Below are positions 35,756 to 44,991 of a stretch of DNA of 64,000 nt, in pieces; position 1 is the stretch's first letter, and each line of letters begins with the position of its first letter. The stretch comes from an uncultured Candidatus Saccharibacteria bacterium. Its GTDB lineage: Bacteria; Patescibacteriota; UBA1384; XYA2-FULL-43-10; 1-14-0-10-43-13. Location: NCBI GenBank assembly GCA_964406145.1, contig CAYOQP010000004.1:1924-65923 (forward strand). The letters are read 5' to 3'. The translations under genes were made by a program, and so were the position numbers. A model generated the notes under the pieces. That model was not told the DNA's origin. It ran no database searches and saw only the letters and a program-made list of their open reading frames with translations.

Positions 35756-35784
35756 TTGACTTTCTAGCTCAAATAGGGTAAGTT
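35756..35784 (+). promoter_or_regulatory. Promoter for the structured RNA / rplC operon
   Basis: TTGACT-17 bp-TAAGTT; predicted start ~35790-35791. Confidence 0.65.
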
Positions 35785-35790
35785 TATAGA

Positions 35791-36223
35791 GTTACACGAG
35801 TGATAATGATACTCAAGTGACGAGTCATGGATATCACCCCATCATCCGATAGGGTAGATCTAGGACATTTATAAAGTTGTATCGGAATTATTTAGACATA
35901 TGGGCCCTGCCCACTGTCTGGATAATTCCTAACACGTTAGCCGAGGGCGTGCTGGGTGAAACAACAAAGCCCTCGGCTCGGTGCGAGACGTAGCAAGCTG
36001 GCGAGTGCATCTCTGCCGCTGCTTTCCTCGCATCGACGGGGGCATGATATACATGAGCGGTTGTTTACCGCCGTGACCCGAGCCATCAAGGCTCCGTGCC
36101 CCCGAACAATTTTATGAGAGCTCTGCTCTCACTCACTGGCGAGTTCGCCAGGAGTTACCGCCGCGAGTGCGGCACATCCGGTCGGAGACGGAAAGGAAGG
36201 TTTGCCCCTTTCCGTCTCCACCA
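35791..36223 (+). ncRNA. Large unclassified structured RNA or leader between rpsJ and rplC
   Basis: About ten back-to-back hairpins (stems up to 15 bp); stem mismatches resolve as G-U on the + strand; ~61% GC over 35941-36180 by hand count; no ORF >=60 aa; ends in a 13-bp helix plus ACCA. Confidence 0.8.
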
Positions 36224-36241
36224 CAATTATAAAAAAGAACA

Positions 36242-36841
36242 ATGAAATTCATTTTAAGCCAAAAATTAGGTATGACACGCGTCTTTGATCAAGACGGCAA
36301 AATGATTCCTGTTACCAAGGTTGCTGTTTTGCCATGTGAAATTACTCAGGTCAAGACTACTGAAAAAGACGGTTATACTAGTGTCCAGGTCGCCGCGACT
36401 AAGGGCGAAGGCAAAAAAGTGAAGAATGTTATGGTTGCAGAGTTCCGTCTTGATGAGATCGATGGTTACAAAAAAGGAAGCAAGGTTCTCGCCTCCCAGT
36501 TTGTTGCCGGCGATGTCATCGAAGTGACTGGCACAAGCAAGGGCAAAGGTTTCGCTGGTGTGATCAAGAGACACGGTTTTCATCGTGGTCCTGAGTCGCA
36601 TGGTGGAAATAACGTTCGCGAGCCAGGTTCTATCGGTGCACAGCAACCACAACGTGTTGTTCTTGGTCGCAAAATGGCCGGACACATGGGCAACGCCACG
36701 GTAACAGTCAAAAACCTAAAGATTGTTGATGTCGACAAAGACATAATTTTGATCTCAGGAGCAATTCCTGGACCAAACAAAGGTCTTTTGAAGATTTCAA
36801 GCAAAAATAGTGTTAAAACAGAAGTAGCAAGCGAAGAATAG
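36242..36841 (+). CDS. rplC: 50S ribosomal protein L3
   Basis: [33 protein letters not shown]. Confidence 0.98.
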   Translation: MKFILSQKLGMTRVFDQDGKMIPVTKVAVLPCEITQVKTTEKDGYTSVQVAATKGEGKKVKNVMVAEFRLDEIDGYKKGSKVLASQFVAGDVIEVTGTSKGKGFAGVIKRHGFHRGPESHGGNNVREPGSIGAQQPQRVVLGRKMAGHMGNATVTVKNLKIVDVDKDIILISGAIPGPNKGLLKISSKNSVKTEVASEE

Positions 36842-36842
36842 A

Positions 36843-37466
36843 ATGAAAATTGCAGTCTTAAATCAAAAGGGTGATAAAATCAAAGATTTGGAGCTTCCAA
36901 AGGGCTTTGATGTTGAAGTTTCACCGGCCGCTCTGACTCTTTATGTCAATTATCTCCGCGCTTCACTTCGTGAACCAATTGCTAATTCCAAAGACAGAAG
37001 TGAAGTTTCTGGCGGCGGCAAGAAGCCTTGGAAGCAAAAAGGGACTGGTCGTGCTAGACATGGCTCGAGCAGATCACCACTTTGGGTTGGTGGTGGTGTT
37101 ACATTTGGTCCAACAAACGAACAGAATTTCAAACAGCGTATCAATAAAAATTTGAAGAAAAAGGTAATTTTGGCTTCAATCGCTGATGCTTTCCGAGACA
37201 AAAGAGCAATTGTGGTTGAGAATCTTTCAATCGCTGATGCAAAGACCAAAAATGCTGTTGAGATCCTGTCCAATGTTAAGGCCGAAGGCAAAATTTCAGT
37301 TATCTTTAACGATAAAGATGAGAATACTAGTCAGTCATTTAGAAATATCGCCGGAGTTAATCTGATGATGCCTGATAAGCTCAATGTTATCAATATTATT
37401 TCTTCTAACAGCATTGTTGTTTCTGAAGATTCAATTAATAAAATCGCAGAATTGTTTGTAAAATAA
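36843..37466 (+). CDS. rplD: 50S ribosomal protein L4
   Basis: [24 protein letters not shown]. Confidence 0.98.
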   Translation: MKIAVLNQKGDKIKDLELPKGFDVEVSPAALTLYVNYLRASLREPIANSKDRSEVSGGGKKPWKQKGTGRARHGSSRSPLWVGGGVTFGPTNEQNFKQRINKNLKKKVILASIADAFRDKRAIVVENLSIADAKTKNAVEILSNVKAEGKISVIFNDKDENTSQSFRNIAGVNLMMPDKLNVINIISSNSIVVSEDSINKIAELFVK

Positions 37467-37467
37467 G

Positions 37468-37881
37468 ATGAAAAGCAATATTCTAAAAAAGGCATTGGTA
37501 TCAGAAAAAAGCTTCAAAGAGGCAGCTCTTGGTAAGTTTACTTTCGTTGTTGATAAAGATGCCACCAAAGAAGATGTTAGTAAAGCAATTAAGAACATTT
37601 TCGATGTCGATATTATTGCTATCAACTTGTTAAATGTCAAAGGCAAGGTCAAGAGAACAAAAAAAGGTTTAGGCAAACGTTCTGACTTCAAAAAGGCCAT
37701 TCTTACCCTGAAAAAGGGTCAAAAGATCGATCTTTTCGAGGTTGAAAAACCAGAAGACAAAAATACCAAAGCCGGCAAAGAGGACAAAAAAGTTCAGTCA
37801 AATCGCGAAGAAAAGACTAACAGAGACACCACCGTCAAGGTTCGTGAGAAGAAAAATAACACCAGAAAAGTTATAGGTTAA
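37468..37881 (+). CDS. rplW: 50S ribosomal protein L23 with basic C-terminal extension
   Basis: SEKS, FVVDKDATK, KGKVKR, KKAILTL. Confidence 0.96.
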   Translation: MKSNILKKALVSEKSFKEAALGKFTFVVDKDATKEDVSKAIKNIFDVDIIAINLLNVKGKVKRTKKGLGKRSDFKKAILTLKKGQKIDLFEVEKPEDKNTKAGKEDKKVQSNREEKTNRDTTVKVREKKNNTRKVIG

Positions 37882-37885
37882 TATC

Positions 37886-38716
37886 ATGCCAGTAATTAAA
37901 GTAAAACCAACAACCAACGCCCGTCGAAAGCTATCCTACCTTAAATTCGAGGGCAACAAAGTACAGCCAGAGAAATCTCTTACTTTTGGTGTTCGCAGAA
38001 CTTCAGGCCGAAATAGCGCTGGTCAGCTAGTTGTTAACCATAAGGGTGGTGGAGCAAAAAGAAAATACAGAATTATCGATTTTTCACTTTCAACTTATCT
38101 TGGTCAAAAAGCCAAAGTTGCAAGTGTTGAGTATGATCCAAATCGTACTGCTGATATTGCACTGTTGGTATTCGGCAATGGTGACAAAGCTTACATGATC
38201 GCTCCTCAGGGCATGAAAAAAGATCAGATCGTCACAATCGACGAAAAGGCTCCAATCCGTGTCGGCAATAGATTAATGATCAAGAATATTCCTGTTTCGA
38301 CTCAAATTTACAATATCGAAATGACACCAGGCAAAGGTGGACAGATCTGTCGTAGTGCTGGTTCTTTTGCAACACTCTTGGGTGTTGACGCTGGATTTGC
38401 TCAACTTCGACTTATGTCGGGGGAAGTACGCAAAGTTAAGGCCGAAAACCTAGCTTCAATTGGAATCGTTTCAAATATTGACCATTCCAAAGTAGTTATT
38501 GGCAAGGCTGGCCGAAAACGCCACATGGGTATTAAGCCAACAGTCCTTGGTAAGTCCAAGAACCCTGTTGACCACCCACATGGTGGTGGTGAAGGCCATA
38601 CCTCAATCGGTCTTAAGTATCCTAAGACTCCTTGGGGCACGCCTGCACTTGGACGAAGAACAAGAAATCCAAGAAACAGCAGTTCCAAATTAATTCTTTC
38701 AAGGAGAAAGAAATAA
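37886..38716 (+). CDS. rplB: 50S ribosomal protein L2
   Basis: [28 protein letters not shown]. Confidence 0.99.
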   Translation: MPVIKVKPTTNARRKLSYLKFEGNKVQPEKSLTFGVRRTSGRNSAGQLVVNHKGGGAKRKYRIIDFSLSTYLGQKAKVASVEYDPNRTADIALLVFGNGDKAYMIAPQGMKKDQIVTIDEKAPIRVGNRLMIKNIPVSTQIYNIEMTPGKGGQICRSAGSFATLLGVDAGFAQLRLMSGEVRKVKAENLASIGIVSNIDHSKVVIGKAGRKRHMGIKPTVLGKSKNPVDHPHGGGEGHTSIGLKYPKTPWGTPALGRRTRNPRNSSSKLILSRRKK

Positions 38717-38717
38717 G

Positions 38718-39008
38718 ATGCCACGTTCACTGAAAAAAGGTCCCTTTATAGATGAAAAGCTTTTGATGAAAGTTCAAAAGGCTATCAAGTCTGGTGACAA
38801 AAAGCCAATTAGAACTTGGGCCAGAGCTTGCACGATTATTCCCGAAATGGTTGGTTTTACTTTTGCTGTTCATAATGGCAAAGAACACGTGCCAGTTTTC
38901 ATCGTCGAAGAGATGGTTGGACACAAGCTCGGTGAATTTTCTCCAACACGAAAATTCCGCAGACATGGTGGCAAGATGGCCAAAGAACAAGAAAAAGGTG
39001 CTAAATAA
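38718..39008 (+). CDS. rpsS: 30S ribosomal protein S19
   Basis: [25 protein letters not shown]. Confidence 0.99.
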   Translation: MPRSLKKGPFIDEKLLMKVQKAIKSGDKKPIRTWARACTIIPEMVGFTFAVHNGKEHVPVFIVEEMVGHKLGEFSPTRKFRRHGGKMAKEQEKGAK

Positions 39009-39036
39009 ATTTAAACTTCAGTAAGATTCAAAAAAT

Positions 39037-39438
39037 ATGGAAATCAAGGTACACAATTTATACGTCAGAACTTCACCTCGCAAAATGAGGCCGGTTTTGC
39101 ATGGCTTGAGAGGTCAAACAGCTCAAGAAGCCAAAACCAACCTTCAATTTGTGAATAAAAAAGGTGCCGATTTCCTTTATAATCTTGTCAAATCAGGCAT
39201 TGCCGCAGCTAAAGAAAATTATCTTGAAGCTGATCAGGTCTTGATTAAGGAAATTTTCTGCAATGAAGGTCCGAGACTCAAGAGAATCATCCCTTGGTCA
39301 AAAGGACAGGCCAGAAGAATCGTTAAGAAAATGTCACATTTAACCTTGGTTTTAGAGTCCAAAGAGGATGTCAAGCCAGCCAAAAATGTTAAAGAAGTTA
39401 AAAAAGAAGAAAATAAAGAAAACAAGGAAGTATCCTAA
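39037..39438 (+). CDS. rplV: 50S ribosomal protein L22 with K/E-rich tail
   Basis: RTSPRK, NEGPRLKR, SHLTLVL. Confidence 0.96.
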   Translation: MEIKVHNLYVRTSPRKMRPVLHGLRGQTAQEAKTNLQFVNKKGADFLYNLVKSGIAAAKENYLEADQVLIKEIFCNEGPRLKRIIPWSKGQARRIVKKMSHLTLVLESKEDVKPAKNVKEVKKEENKENKEVS

Positions 39439-40085
39439 TGGGACAAAAAGTTAATCCAAAATCAATCCGATTGAAGATCAACGAAATTTGGCAATCCAAG
39501 TGGTTTGGACGTCTTAATTATCGTGATAACTTGATTTCCGATATTGAAATTAGAAAACTTCTTAATGTTAAGCTTAAAGATGCCGCAATTTCCAAGATTG
39601 CCATCAATCGTGATTCCAATAAAGTTTCCATTGATATCCATTCCGGTCGTCCAGGTGTTGTCATCGGCCGCGGTGGTGCTGGAACTGACGAGATCAAGAA
39701 ACTTCTCGCTCAGACAATCAAAGAGAAAATACAAATCAATATTATTGAAGTTAAAAAGCCCGATGGTGATGCCGCAATTATTGCACAAGGTATCGCCAAT
39801 CAAATTGAGAAAAGAATTCCTTTCCGCCGAGCCATGAAACAGGCAATCGAAAAAGCTAAGACAGCTGGAGCAAAAGGTATTAAAGTTCAGGTTTCTGGAC
39901 GACTAAATGGCGCTGATATTGCCCGTTCCGAGAAATTAGCTTATGGTACAGTACCACTTTCAACATTCAAAAGCGTAGTCGATTACAAATATCTTACCGC
40001 CCTGACAACTTATGGAATTATCGGAATCAAGGTCTGGGTTTATAAGGGCGAGAGACTACTATCTGAAGAAGAGTTAACAAAATAA
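39438..40085 (+). CDS. rpsC: 30S ribosomal protein S3
   Basis: MGQKVNP, RPGVVIGRGG, SGRLNGADIAR, YGIIGIKVW. Confidence 0.99.
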   Translation: MGQKVNPKSIRLKINEIWQSKWFGRLNYRDNLISDIEIRKLLNVKLKDAAISKIAINRDSNKVSIDIHSGRPGVVIGRGGAGTDEIKKLLAQTIKEKIQINIIEVKKPDGDAAIIAQGIANQIEKRIPFRRAMKQAIEKAKTAGAKGIKVQVSGRLNGADIARSEKLAYGTVPLSTFKSVVDYKYLTALTTYGIIGIKVWVYKGERLLSEEELTK

Positions 40086-40104
40086 TTGTATTTAAAGGTT
40101 TTAT

Positions 40105-40518
40105 ATGTTGATGCCAAAGAAAATGAAATATCGAAAGCAGCAGCGCGGAAAGAGGCGCGGAGAAGCCACTCGTGGCAATGATTTTGCTTTTGGAAAATTT
40201 GGTATCAAGGCTTTGGAAGCTGGTTGGATTTCAGCTCGCTCCATTGAATCAGCTAGACGTGCCATGACCAGATACATTAAAAAGGGTGGTCAGATTTGGA
40301 TCAGAATTTTTCCTGACAAGCCAGTCACGTCAACTTCTCCGGAAGTACCGATGGGATCAGGTAAGGGTGCAGTTGACCATTTCGTCGCTGTTATCAAGCC
40401 GGGCCGAATTCTCTTTGAGATGGATGGCGTTGATTTCGCCACTGCTAAAGAGGCAATGAGATTAGCCGAATACAAGATTCCTATGAAGACCAAATTTGTC
40501 AGCAAGGAAGAGGCATAA
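40105..40518 (+). CDS. rplP: 50S ribosomal protein L16
   Basis: [21 protein letters not shown]. Confidence 0.99.
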   Translation: MLMPKKMKYRKQQRGKRRGEATRGNDFAFGKFGIKALEAGWISARSIESARRAMTRYIKKGGQIWIRIFPDKPVTSTSPEVPMGSGKGAVDHFVAVIKPGRILFEMDGVDFATAKEAMRLAEYKIPMKTKFVSKEEA

Positions 40519-40519
40519 G

Positions 40520-40723
40520 ATGAAAAAAGTAGAAGAAATCAAAAAATATCAAGAAATGAGCTTGGAAAATTTAAAATCAACTCTTAAGGATCTTAAAAAA
40601 GAGTTGGTCAGTAATTCTCTTAAAGTTCAGGCCGAAAAGCTGACAAATTACTCAGTTATTTCAAAAACAAAGAAAAGCATTGCAAGAATTAACACACTTA
40701 TTAGCGCTAAAAGCGCGGAGTAA
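40520..40723 (+). CDS. rpmC: 50S ribosomal protein L29
   Basis: Start moved to ATG 40520; KKSIARINT; position between rplP and rpsQ. Confidence 0.92.
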   Translation: MKKVEEIKKYQEMSLENLKSTLKDLKKELVSNSLKVQAEKLTNYSVISKTKKSIARINTLISAKSAE

Positions 40724-40725
40724 AA

Positions 40726-40968
40726 ATGGAATCCAAAGGTAAAGTAAAAATTGGTACAGTTATTTCAGATAAAATGGACAAGACCGTTGTCGTTCGAATC
40801 GACCGTGTTAAAGCCCATCCAATTTATAAAAAGAAATTTGTCGTTTCCAATAATCTTAAAGCTCATGATGAAAAAAATGAGTACAAAACTAACGACTTAG
40901 TCGAAATTCAAGAAACAAAACCAATATCGAAAGATAAGAAGTTTGTTGTCACGAGAAAGGTTAAATAA
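40726..40968 (+). CDS. rpsQ: 30S ribosomal protein S17
   Basis: [31 protein letters not shown]. Confidence 0.98.
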   Translation: MESKGKVKIGTVISDKMDKTVVVRIDRVKAHPIYKKKFVVSNNLKAHDEKNEYKTNDLVEIQETKPISKDKKFVVTRKVK

Positions 40969-41333
40969 TGATTCAGCCTGGAACAAGATTACATGTTGCC
41001 GATAACACTGGTGCCAAAGAAATTGAGTGCATCACTGTTTTGGGTCGTGCCAGCCGATGTGGCGCCGAAATTGGCGATATTATTTCTGCTTCAGTCAAAG
41101 ATGCCATTCCTCGTGCAACAGTCAAGAAGAAGGAAGTGGTCAAAGCAGTTATCGTCAGACAGGCCAAGCCAATTTCAAGAGAAGATGGTTCATACATCCG
41201 ATTTAGCGAAAATGCTGCTGTCATTATTGACGCCAACAAAGAACCGAGAGGAACAAGAATTTTTGGCCCGATTCCTCGCGAGCTCCGAAATGGCTATATG
41301 AAGATAATTTCCCTAGCTCCTGAGGTTTTATAG
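40968..41333 (+). CDS. rplN: 50S ribosomal protein L14
   Basis: [27 protein letters not shown]. Confidence 0.99.
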   Translation: MIQPGTRLHVADNTGAKEIECITVLGRASRCGAEIGDIISASVKDAIPRATVKKKEVVKAVIVRQAKPISREDGSYIRFSENAAVIIDANKEPRGTRIFGPIPRELRNGYMKIISLAPEVL

Positions 41334-41353
41334 TAAGTAATTTAGAATAAATC

Positions 41354-41674
41354 ATGAAAATAAAGAAAAATGACAATGTAATGGTAATAACAGGCAAAGA
41401 TAAAGGCAAAACAGGAATTGTTGAGCGCGTTTTTCCTGAAATCAACAAAATTGTTGTAAAAGGCGTTGCCATTTTCAAAAAACATGTCAAACCTTCAAAG
41501 AAAAACCCACAAGGTGGAATTATCGATATAAATCAGAAAGTAAGTGCTTCTAACGTAATGTTGCTTTGTCCTTCATGTGGCAAGCCTTCTAAGGTTAGCT
41601 ATCAAGTTACCGAAAAAGGCAAAAACAGAATTTGCAAGAAATGCAGCCAAAGCTTAGAAGGTGGAATCAAATAA
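41354..41674 (+). CDS. rplX: 50S ribosomal protein L24
   Basis: KOW motif VITGKDKGKTG, SNVM, CPSC/CKKC. Confidence 0.98.
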   Translation: MKIKKNDNVMVITGKDKGKTGIVERVFPEINKIVVKGVAIFKKHVKPSKKNPQGGIIDINQKVSASNVMLLCPSCGKPSKVSYQVTEKGKNRICKKCSQSLEGGIK

Positions 41675-42222
41675 TGGAAAAGTTATCCGTAATCTACAAA
41701 AAAGAAATCGCTGGTGCTTTGAAAAAAGAGCTTAATTACTCCAACAATTTTGAAGTGCCGATAATTCAAAAAGTAGTTGTTTCTACTGGTATCGGCGACT
41801 TCAAAGAGGATAAGAAGGCAATTGAAAAGATCAGTGAGGAATTTTCCAGAATTACTGGTCAAAAGGCCAAGATTAACTTATCGCGAAAAGCAGTTTCCGC
41901 CTTCAAACTCAGAATTGGTCAGCCTGTTGGCCTTACGGTCACACTTAGAGGTGAGCGGATGTACGACTTCATCAATAGACTAGTAAATGTTGCTTTGCCA
42001 AGAGTAAGAGACTTTAGAGGTCTATCTTTAACAAGTTTTGACCAACAGGGTAATTATTCTATCGGCTTAAAGGATTACACTATATTTCCAGAGGTTAAAT
42101 ACGAAGAAGTCACATCATCATTTGGCCTCGAAATTAATATCAAAATTAGAGCCAAAGCCAAAGAGGACGCCAAATTACTACTTTCAAAACTCGGGTTCCC
42201 CTTTAAGAAAGGAAACAAATAA
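41674..42222 (+). CDS. rplE: 50S ribosomal protein L5
   Basis: Start moved to ATG 41674 (TAATG overlap); [26 protein letters not shown]. Confidence 0.98.
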   Translation: MEKLSVIYKKEIAGALKKELNYSNNFEVPIIQKVVVSTGIGDFKEDKKAIEKISEEFSRITGQKAKINLSRKAVSAFKLRIGQPVGLTVTLRGERMYDFINRLVNVALPRVRDFRGLSLTSFDQQGNYSIGLKDYTIFPEVKYEEVTSSFGLEINIKIRAKAKEDAKLLLSKLGFPFKKGNK

Positions 42223-42407
42223 TGGCCAAAAAATCACTTATATTAAAGGCGAATAAAACGCCAAAATATATGACCAGAACAATTCGAAGATGCAAAAACT
42301 GTGGTCGAAAACATGCATATATTCGAAAATTCGGCTTATGCCGTATCTGTTTCCGCGAGTTTGCTTCTCGAGGTGAAATACCTGGAGTTTCAAAGTCTAG
42401 CTGGTAA
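42222..42407 (+). CDS. rpsZ: 30S ribosomal protein S14, short zinc-binding type Z
   Basis: 61 aa, [24 protein letters not shown]. Confidence 0.97.
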   Translation: MAKKSLILKANKTPKYMTRTIRRCKNCGRKHAYIRKFGLCRICFREFASRGEIPGVSKSSW

Positions 42408-42429
42408 TTTTTAAGGATTTAAGGATAAA

Positions 42430-42807
42430 ATGGATCAAATCGCAGATTTATTGACAAGAATTAAGAACGCTTCCGCTATCAGGAAGAGTGAAATCACAGT
42501 TTCTTTTTCCAAGATGAAAGAAGCCATTTTGACTATTCTTAAAAATGAAGGCTTTTTGTCTGATTTTTCGGTTGTAACAGAAGAAAACATTAAGACAATT
42601 AAGGTCACAATTTCACGTAAAAAACTCCCTACCCATATTCGTCAAATTAGTCGACCGGGTAGAAGAGTTTATATAAAGAACAAAGAGGTCCCAAAGCCGC
42701 TCAGAGGCCTTGGCACCGTCATCGTTTCGACTTCAACTGGCGTAATTACCGGCAAAGAGGCCAGAACTAAAGGTTTGGGTGGAGAATTAATTTGTGAAAT
42801 TTGGTAG
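42430..42807 (+). CDS. rpsH: 30S ribosomal protein S8
   Basis: IADLLTRIKN, SRPGRRVY, STSTG, GGELIC. Confidence 0.98.
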   Translation: MDQIADLLTRIKNASAIRKSEITVSFSKMKEAILTILKNEGFLSDFSVVTEENIKTIKVTISRKKLPTHIRQISRPGRRVYIKNKEVPKPLRGLGTVIVSTSTGVITGKEARTKGLGGELICEIW

Positions 42808-42812
42808 GAATT

Positions 42813-43352
42813 ATGAGCAAGATTGGTAAAAGACCCGTTACAATTTTAGAAGGCGTCGCTGTTGAAATAAAAGATGGTAAAATATCTGCCTCTTCTGGCG
42901 ATAACAATCTTGAACTTGCCATACCTAAGGAAGTTAAAGTTGTTGTTAAAGAAAACCAGGTTTTGGTCACTAGAGTTGATGATTCAAAGCCAGCCAGAGA
43001 AAAACATGGCCTTATTGCTAGACTTATCAATAATCTGATTATTGGTGTCAAGGAAGGTTTTAAAAAAGAGCTTACTTTTACTGGTACCGGTTACAGAGCT
43101 TCTGTCGACGGCAATAACCTGCTTCTGAACATGGGATATTCTCACGAAATAAAGCTCGTCATACCAGAAGGCCTTGAAACTAAAGTTGTTAAAAATGCTA
43201 TTATAGTTTCCGGAATTGATAAAGAAAAGGTTGGCCAGTTTGCCGCTGTTGTCAGAGAGGTTAGAAAACCTGAAGTTTATAAGGGCAAAGGCATTAAATA
43301 TAAAGAAGAACACATTAGACGAAAAGCTGGCAAGACCGCAGCTTCAAAATAA
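42813..43352 (+). CDS. rplF: 50S ribosomal protein L6
   Basis: Start moved to ATG 42813; MSKIGK, GYSH, PEVYKGKGI, RRKAGK. Confidence 0.98.
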   Translation: MSKIGKRPVTILEGVAVEIKDGKISASSGDNNLELAIPKEVKVVVKENQVLVTRVDDSKPAREKHGLIARLINNLIIGVKEGFKKELTFTGTGYRASVDGNNLLLNMGYSHEIKLVIPEGLETKVVKNAIIVSGIDKEKVGQFAAVVREVRKPEVYKGKGIKYKEEHIRRKAGKTAASK

Positions 43353-43361
43353 GGATTTTGC

Positions 43362-43661
43362 ATGACCAAAAACATATTAGGCACAATTGAACGTCCAAGA
43401 ATCTCGATTTTCAGATCCAACCGTTTTGTCTATGGCCAAGTAATCAACGACGAAAAGGGGATTACGATAACTGCTTTTTCTACTAAAAAGATTGAGAAGG
43501 GCACTCCTGTTGAGAAGGCCAAGGAGGCCGGAAAAGCTCTTGGCGAAATTCTTAAATCAAAGAAAATTACAGCAATAGTATTCGACCGCAATGGTTTGAG
43601 ATATCATGGTCAGGTCGCTGCTTTCGCAGATGGTGTTAGAGAAGTTGGTATCAAATTTTAA
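43362..43661 (+). CDS. rplR: 50S ribosomal protein L18 (N-terminally short)
   Basis: RPRISIFRSN, FDRNGLRYHG. Confidence 0.97.
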   Translation: MTKNILGTIERPRISIFRSNRFVYGQVINDEKGITITAFSTKKIEKGTPVEKAKEAGKALGEILKSKKITAIVFDRNGLRYHGQVAAFADGVREVGIKF

Positions 43662-43675
43662 TTCTAGGAAATAAG

Positions 43676-44371
43676 ATGGTAGAAATCGAAGCAACAATCA
43701 TTTCCGATGACAAGCCGGAGAAAATAGTCAAGAATATCATGAAGCCTCGTTCATTCGAACAGAGACGTGAGCCTTCTGAATTTGAAGAGCGTGTTATTGA
43801 AGTTCGCAGGGTCGCTAGAACTGTAAAGGGTGGCCGCAGAATCAGATTTCGAGCTCTCGTAGTTATTGGCAACAGAAAAGGTAAAGTCGGTATGGGTATT
43901 GCCAAAGCCAATGATGTTTCAGAAGCTGTAAAGAAGGCCACTGCTCAAGCAAAGAAAAATACTGTTATTGTTCCTATTATTGATGGCACCATCCCTTACG
44001 AGGTTATCTCAAAGCATGGTGCAGCTGTCGTTATGCTTAAGCCTGCCGCAACTGGTACCTCAATCGTTGCTGGCGGAAGCGTTAGAGCCATAGCCGAGCT
44101 AGCCGGCATTACAGATCTTCTCTCGAAGATGCTTGGAAGTGCTAGCAAGGTTAATAATATCGTTGCAACAATGAAAGCTTTTGCCGCTTTTAACGAAGGT
44201 TATACTGACAGAATCAAAAAATATTCTGAGTACAAAAACAAACCTGTTTCTTCAGCCGAAATTAAGATGGAGAAAAAGATTGAAGTTGCGGAAAAAAATG
44301 AAGAATCGGCTGTGAAAAAACCTGCCAAATCAGTTGCTAAGAAAACTGCCAAGAAAAGCATTAAAAAATAA
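43676..44371 (+). CDS. rpsE: 30S ribosomal protein S5 with terminal extensions
   Basis: RVARTVKGGR, LKPAATGTSIVAGG; start could be ATG 43739. Confidence 0.97.
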   Translation: MVEIEATIISDDKPEKIVKNIMKPRSFEQRREPSEFEERVIEVRRVARTVKGGRRIRFRALVVIGNRKGKVGMGIAKANDVSEAVKKATAQAKKNTVIVPIIDGTIPYEVISKHGAAVVMLKPAATGTSIVAGGSVRAIAELAGITDLLSKMLGSASKVNNIVATMKAFAAFNEGYTDRIKKYSEYKNKPVSSAEIKMEKKIEVAEKNEESAVKKPAKSVAKKTAKKSIKK

Positions 44372-44380
44372 GTAAAAAAT

Positions 44381-44878
44381 ATGGAATTAGTTAGCGTAAA
44401 ATCAAAAACTCGAAAAAGAATTGGCCGTGGCTTATCAGCCGGTCAAGGTAAGACTGCTGGAAGAGGCACTAAAGGTCAGAAATCACGCAGTGGTTTTAAT
44501 ATTCCTAAAAAGTTCGAAGGTGGTCAGACCCCGCTCTCAATGAGATTGCCAGTACTTCCTGGATTTAAATCCCGTAAGGCTAAGGCCAATATTATAACTT
44601 TGAACGAAATTTCAAAGAATTTTAAAAACAATGAGACCGTCTCCTTGGATACTTTATTGGCCAAGAAGATGATCAACAAAGGCGACAAGGTCAAAATTCT
44701 TAATGATGGTCAGTTGAGTGTTGAAGTTAAATTTGCAGACGATGTTAATATCTCTAAATCGGTTAGAGAACTCTCAGTAAAAGTCGCAAAGCCGGCCGAG
44801 AAGCAAGAAGACAAGACAAAAGCTGTTGCTGAACCAAAAGTTAAAAAAGCACCAGCAAAAAAGACAACCAAGAAATAG
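44381..44878 (+). CDS. rplO: 50S ribosomal protein L15 with K/A-rich tail
   Basis: RIGRG...[24 protein letters not shown]. Confidence 0.98.
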   Translation: MELVSVKSKTRKRIGRGLSAGQGKTAGRGTKGQKSRSGFNIPKKFEGGQTPLSMRLPVLPGFKSRKAKANIITLNEISKNFKNNETVSLDTLLAKKMINKGDKVKILNDGQLSVEVKFADDVNISKSVRELSVKVAKPAEKQEDKTKAVAEPKVKKAPAKKTTKK

Positions 44879-44898
44879 AATAAATCATATTTGTTCTT

Positions 44899-44928
44899 GT
44901 AGAAAGCCTCTTTCTGGGGGCTTTTTAC
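44899..44928 (+). terminator. Intrinsic terminator between rplO and secY
   Basis: GTAGAAAGCCTC-loop-GGGGCTTTTTAC. Confidence 0.7.
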
Positions 44929-44956
44929 GTTATATTAAATTAATATTGAAAACGCG

Positions 44957-44985
44957 TTGATTTCTCGATGCAATTGAGCTATATT
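44957..44985 (+). promoter_or_regulatory. secY promoter, predicted leaderless
   Basis: TTGATT-17 bp-TATATT ending 6 nt before ATG 44992. Confidence 0.55.
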
Positions 44986-44991
44986 TGACAT

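Noticed and set aside
35791-36223. Identification of the structured region as tmRNA, RNase P RNA, SRP RNA or a T-box
   Set aside because: No canonical T-loop, tag ORF ending in Ala-Ala or properly pairing 5' GGGG end for tmRNA; GAGGAAAG on the minus strand is not followed by UCC and G-U polarity favours the + strand; no SRP helix-8 or T-box consensus
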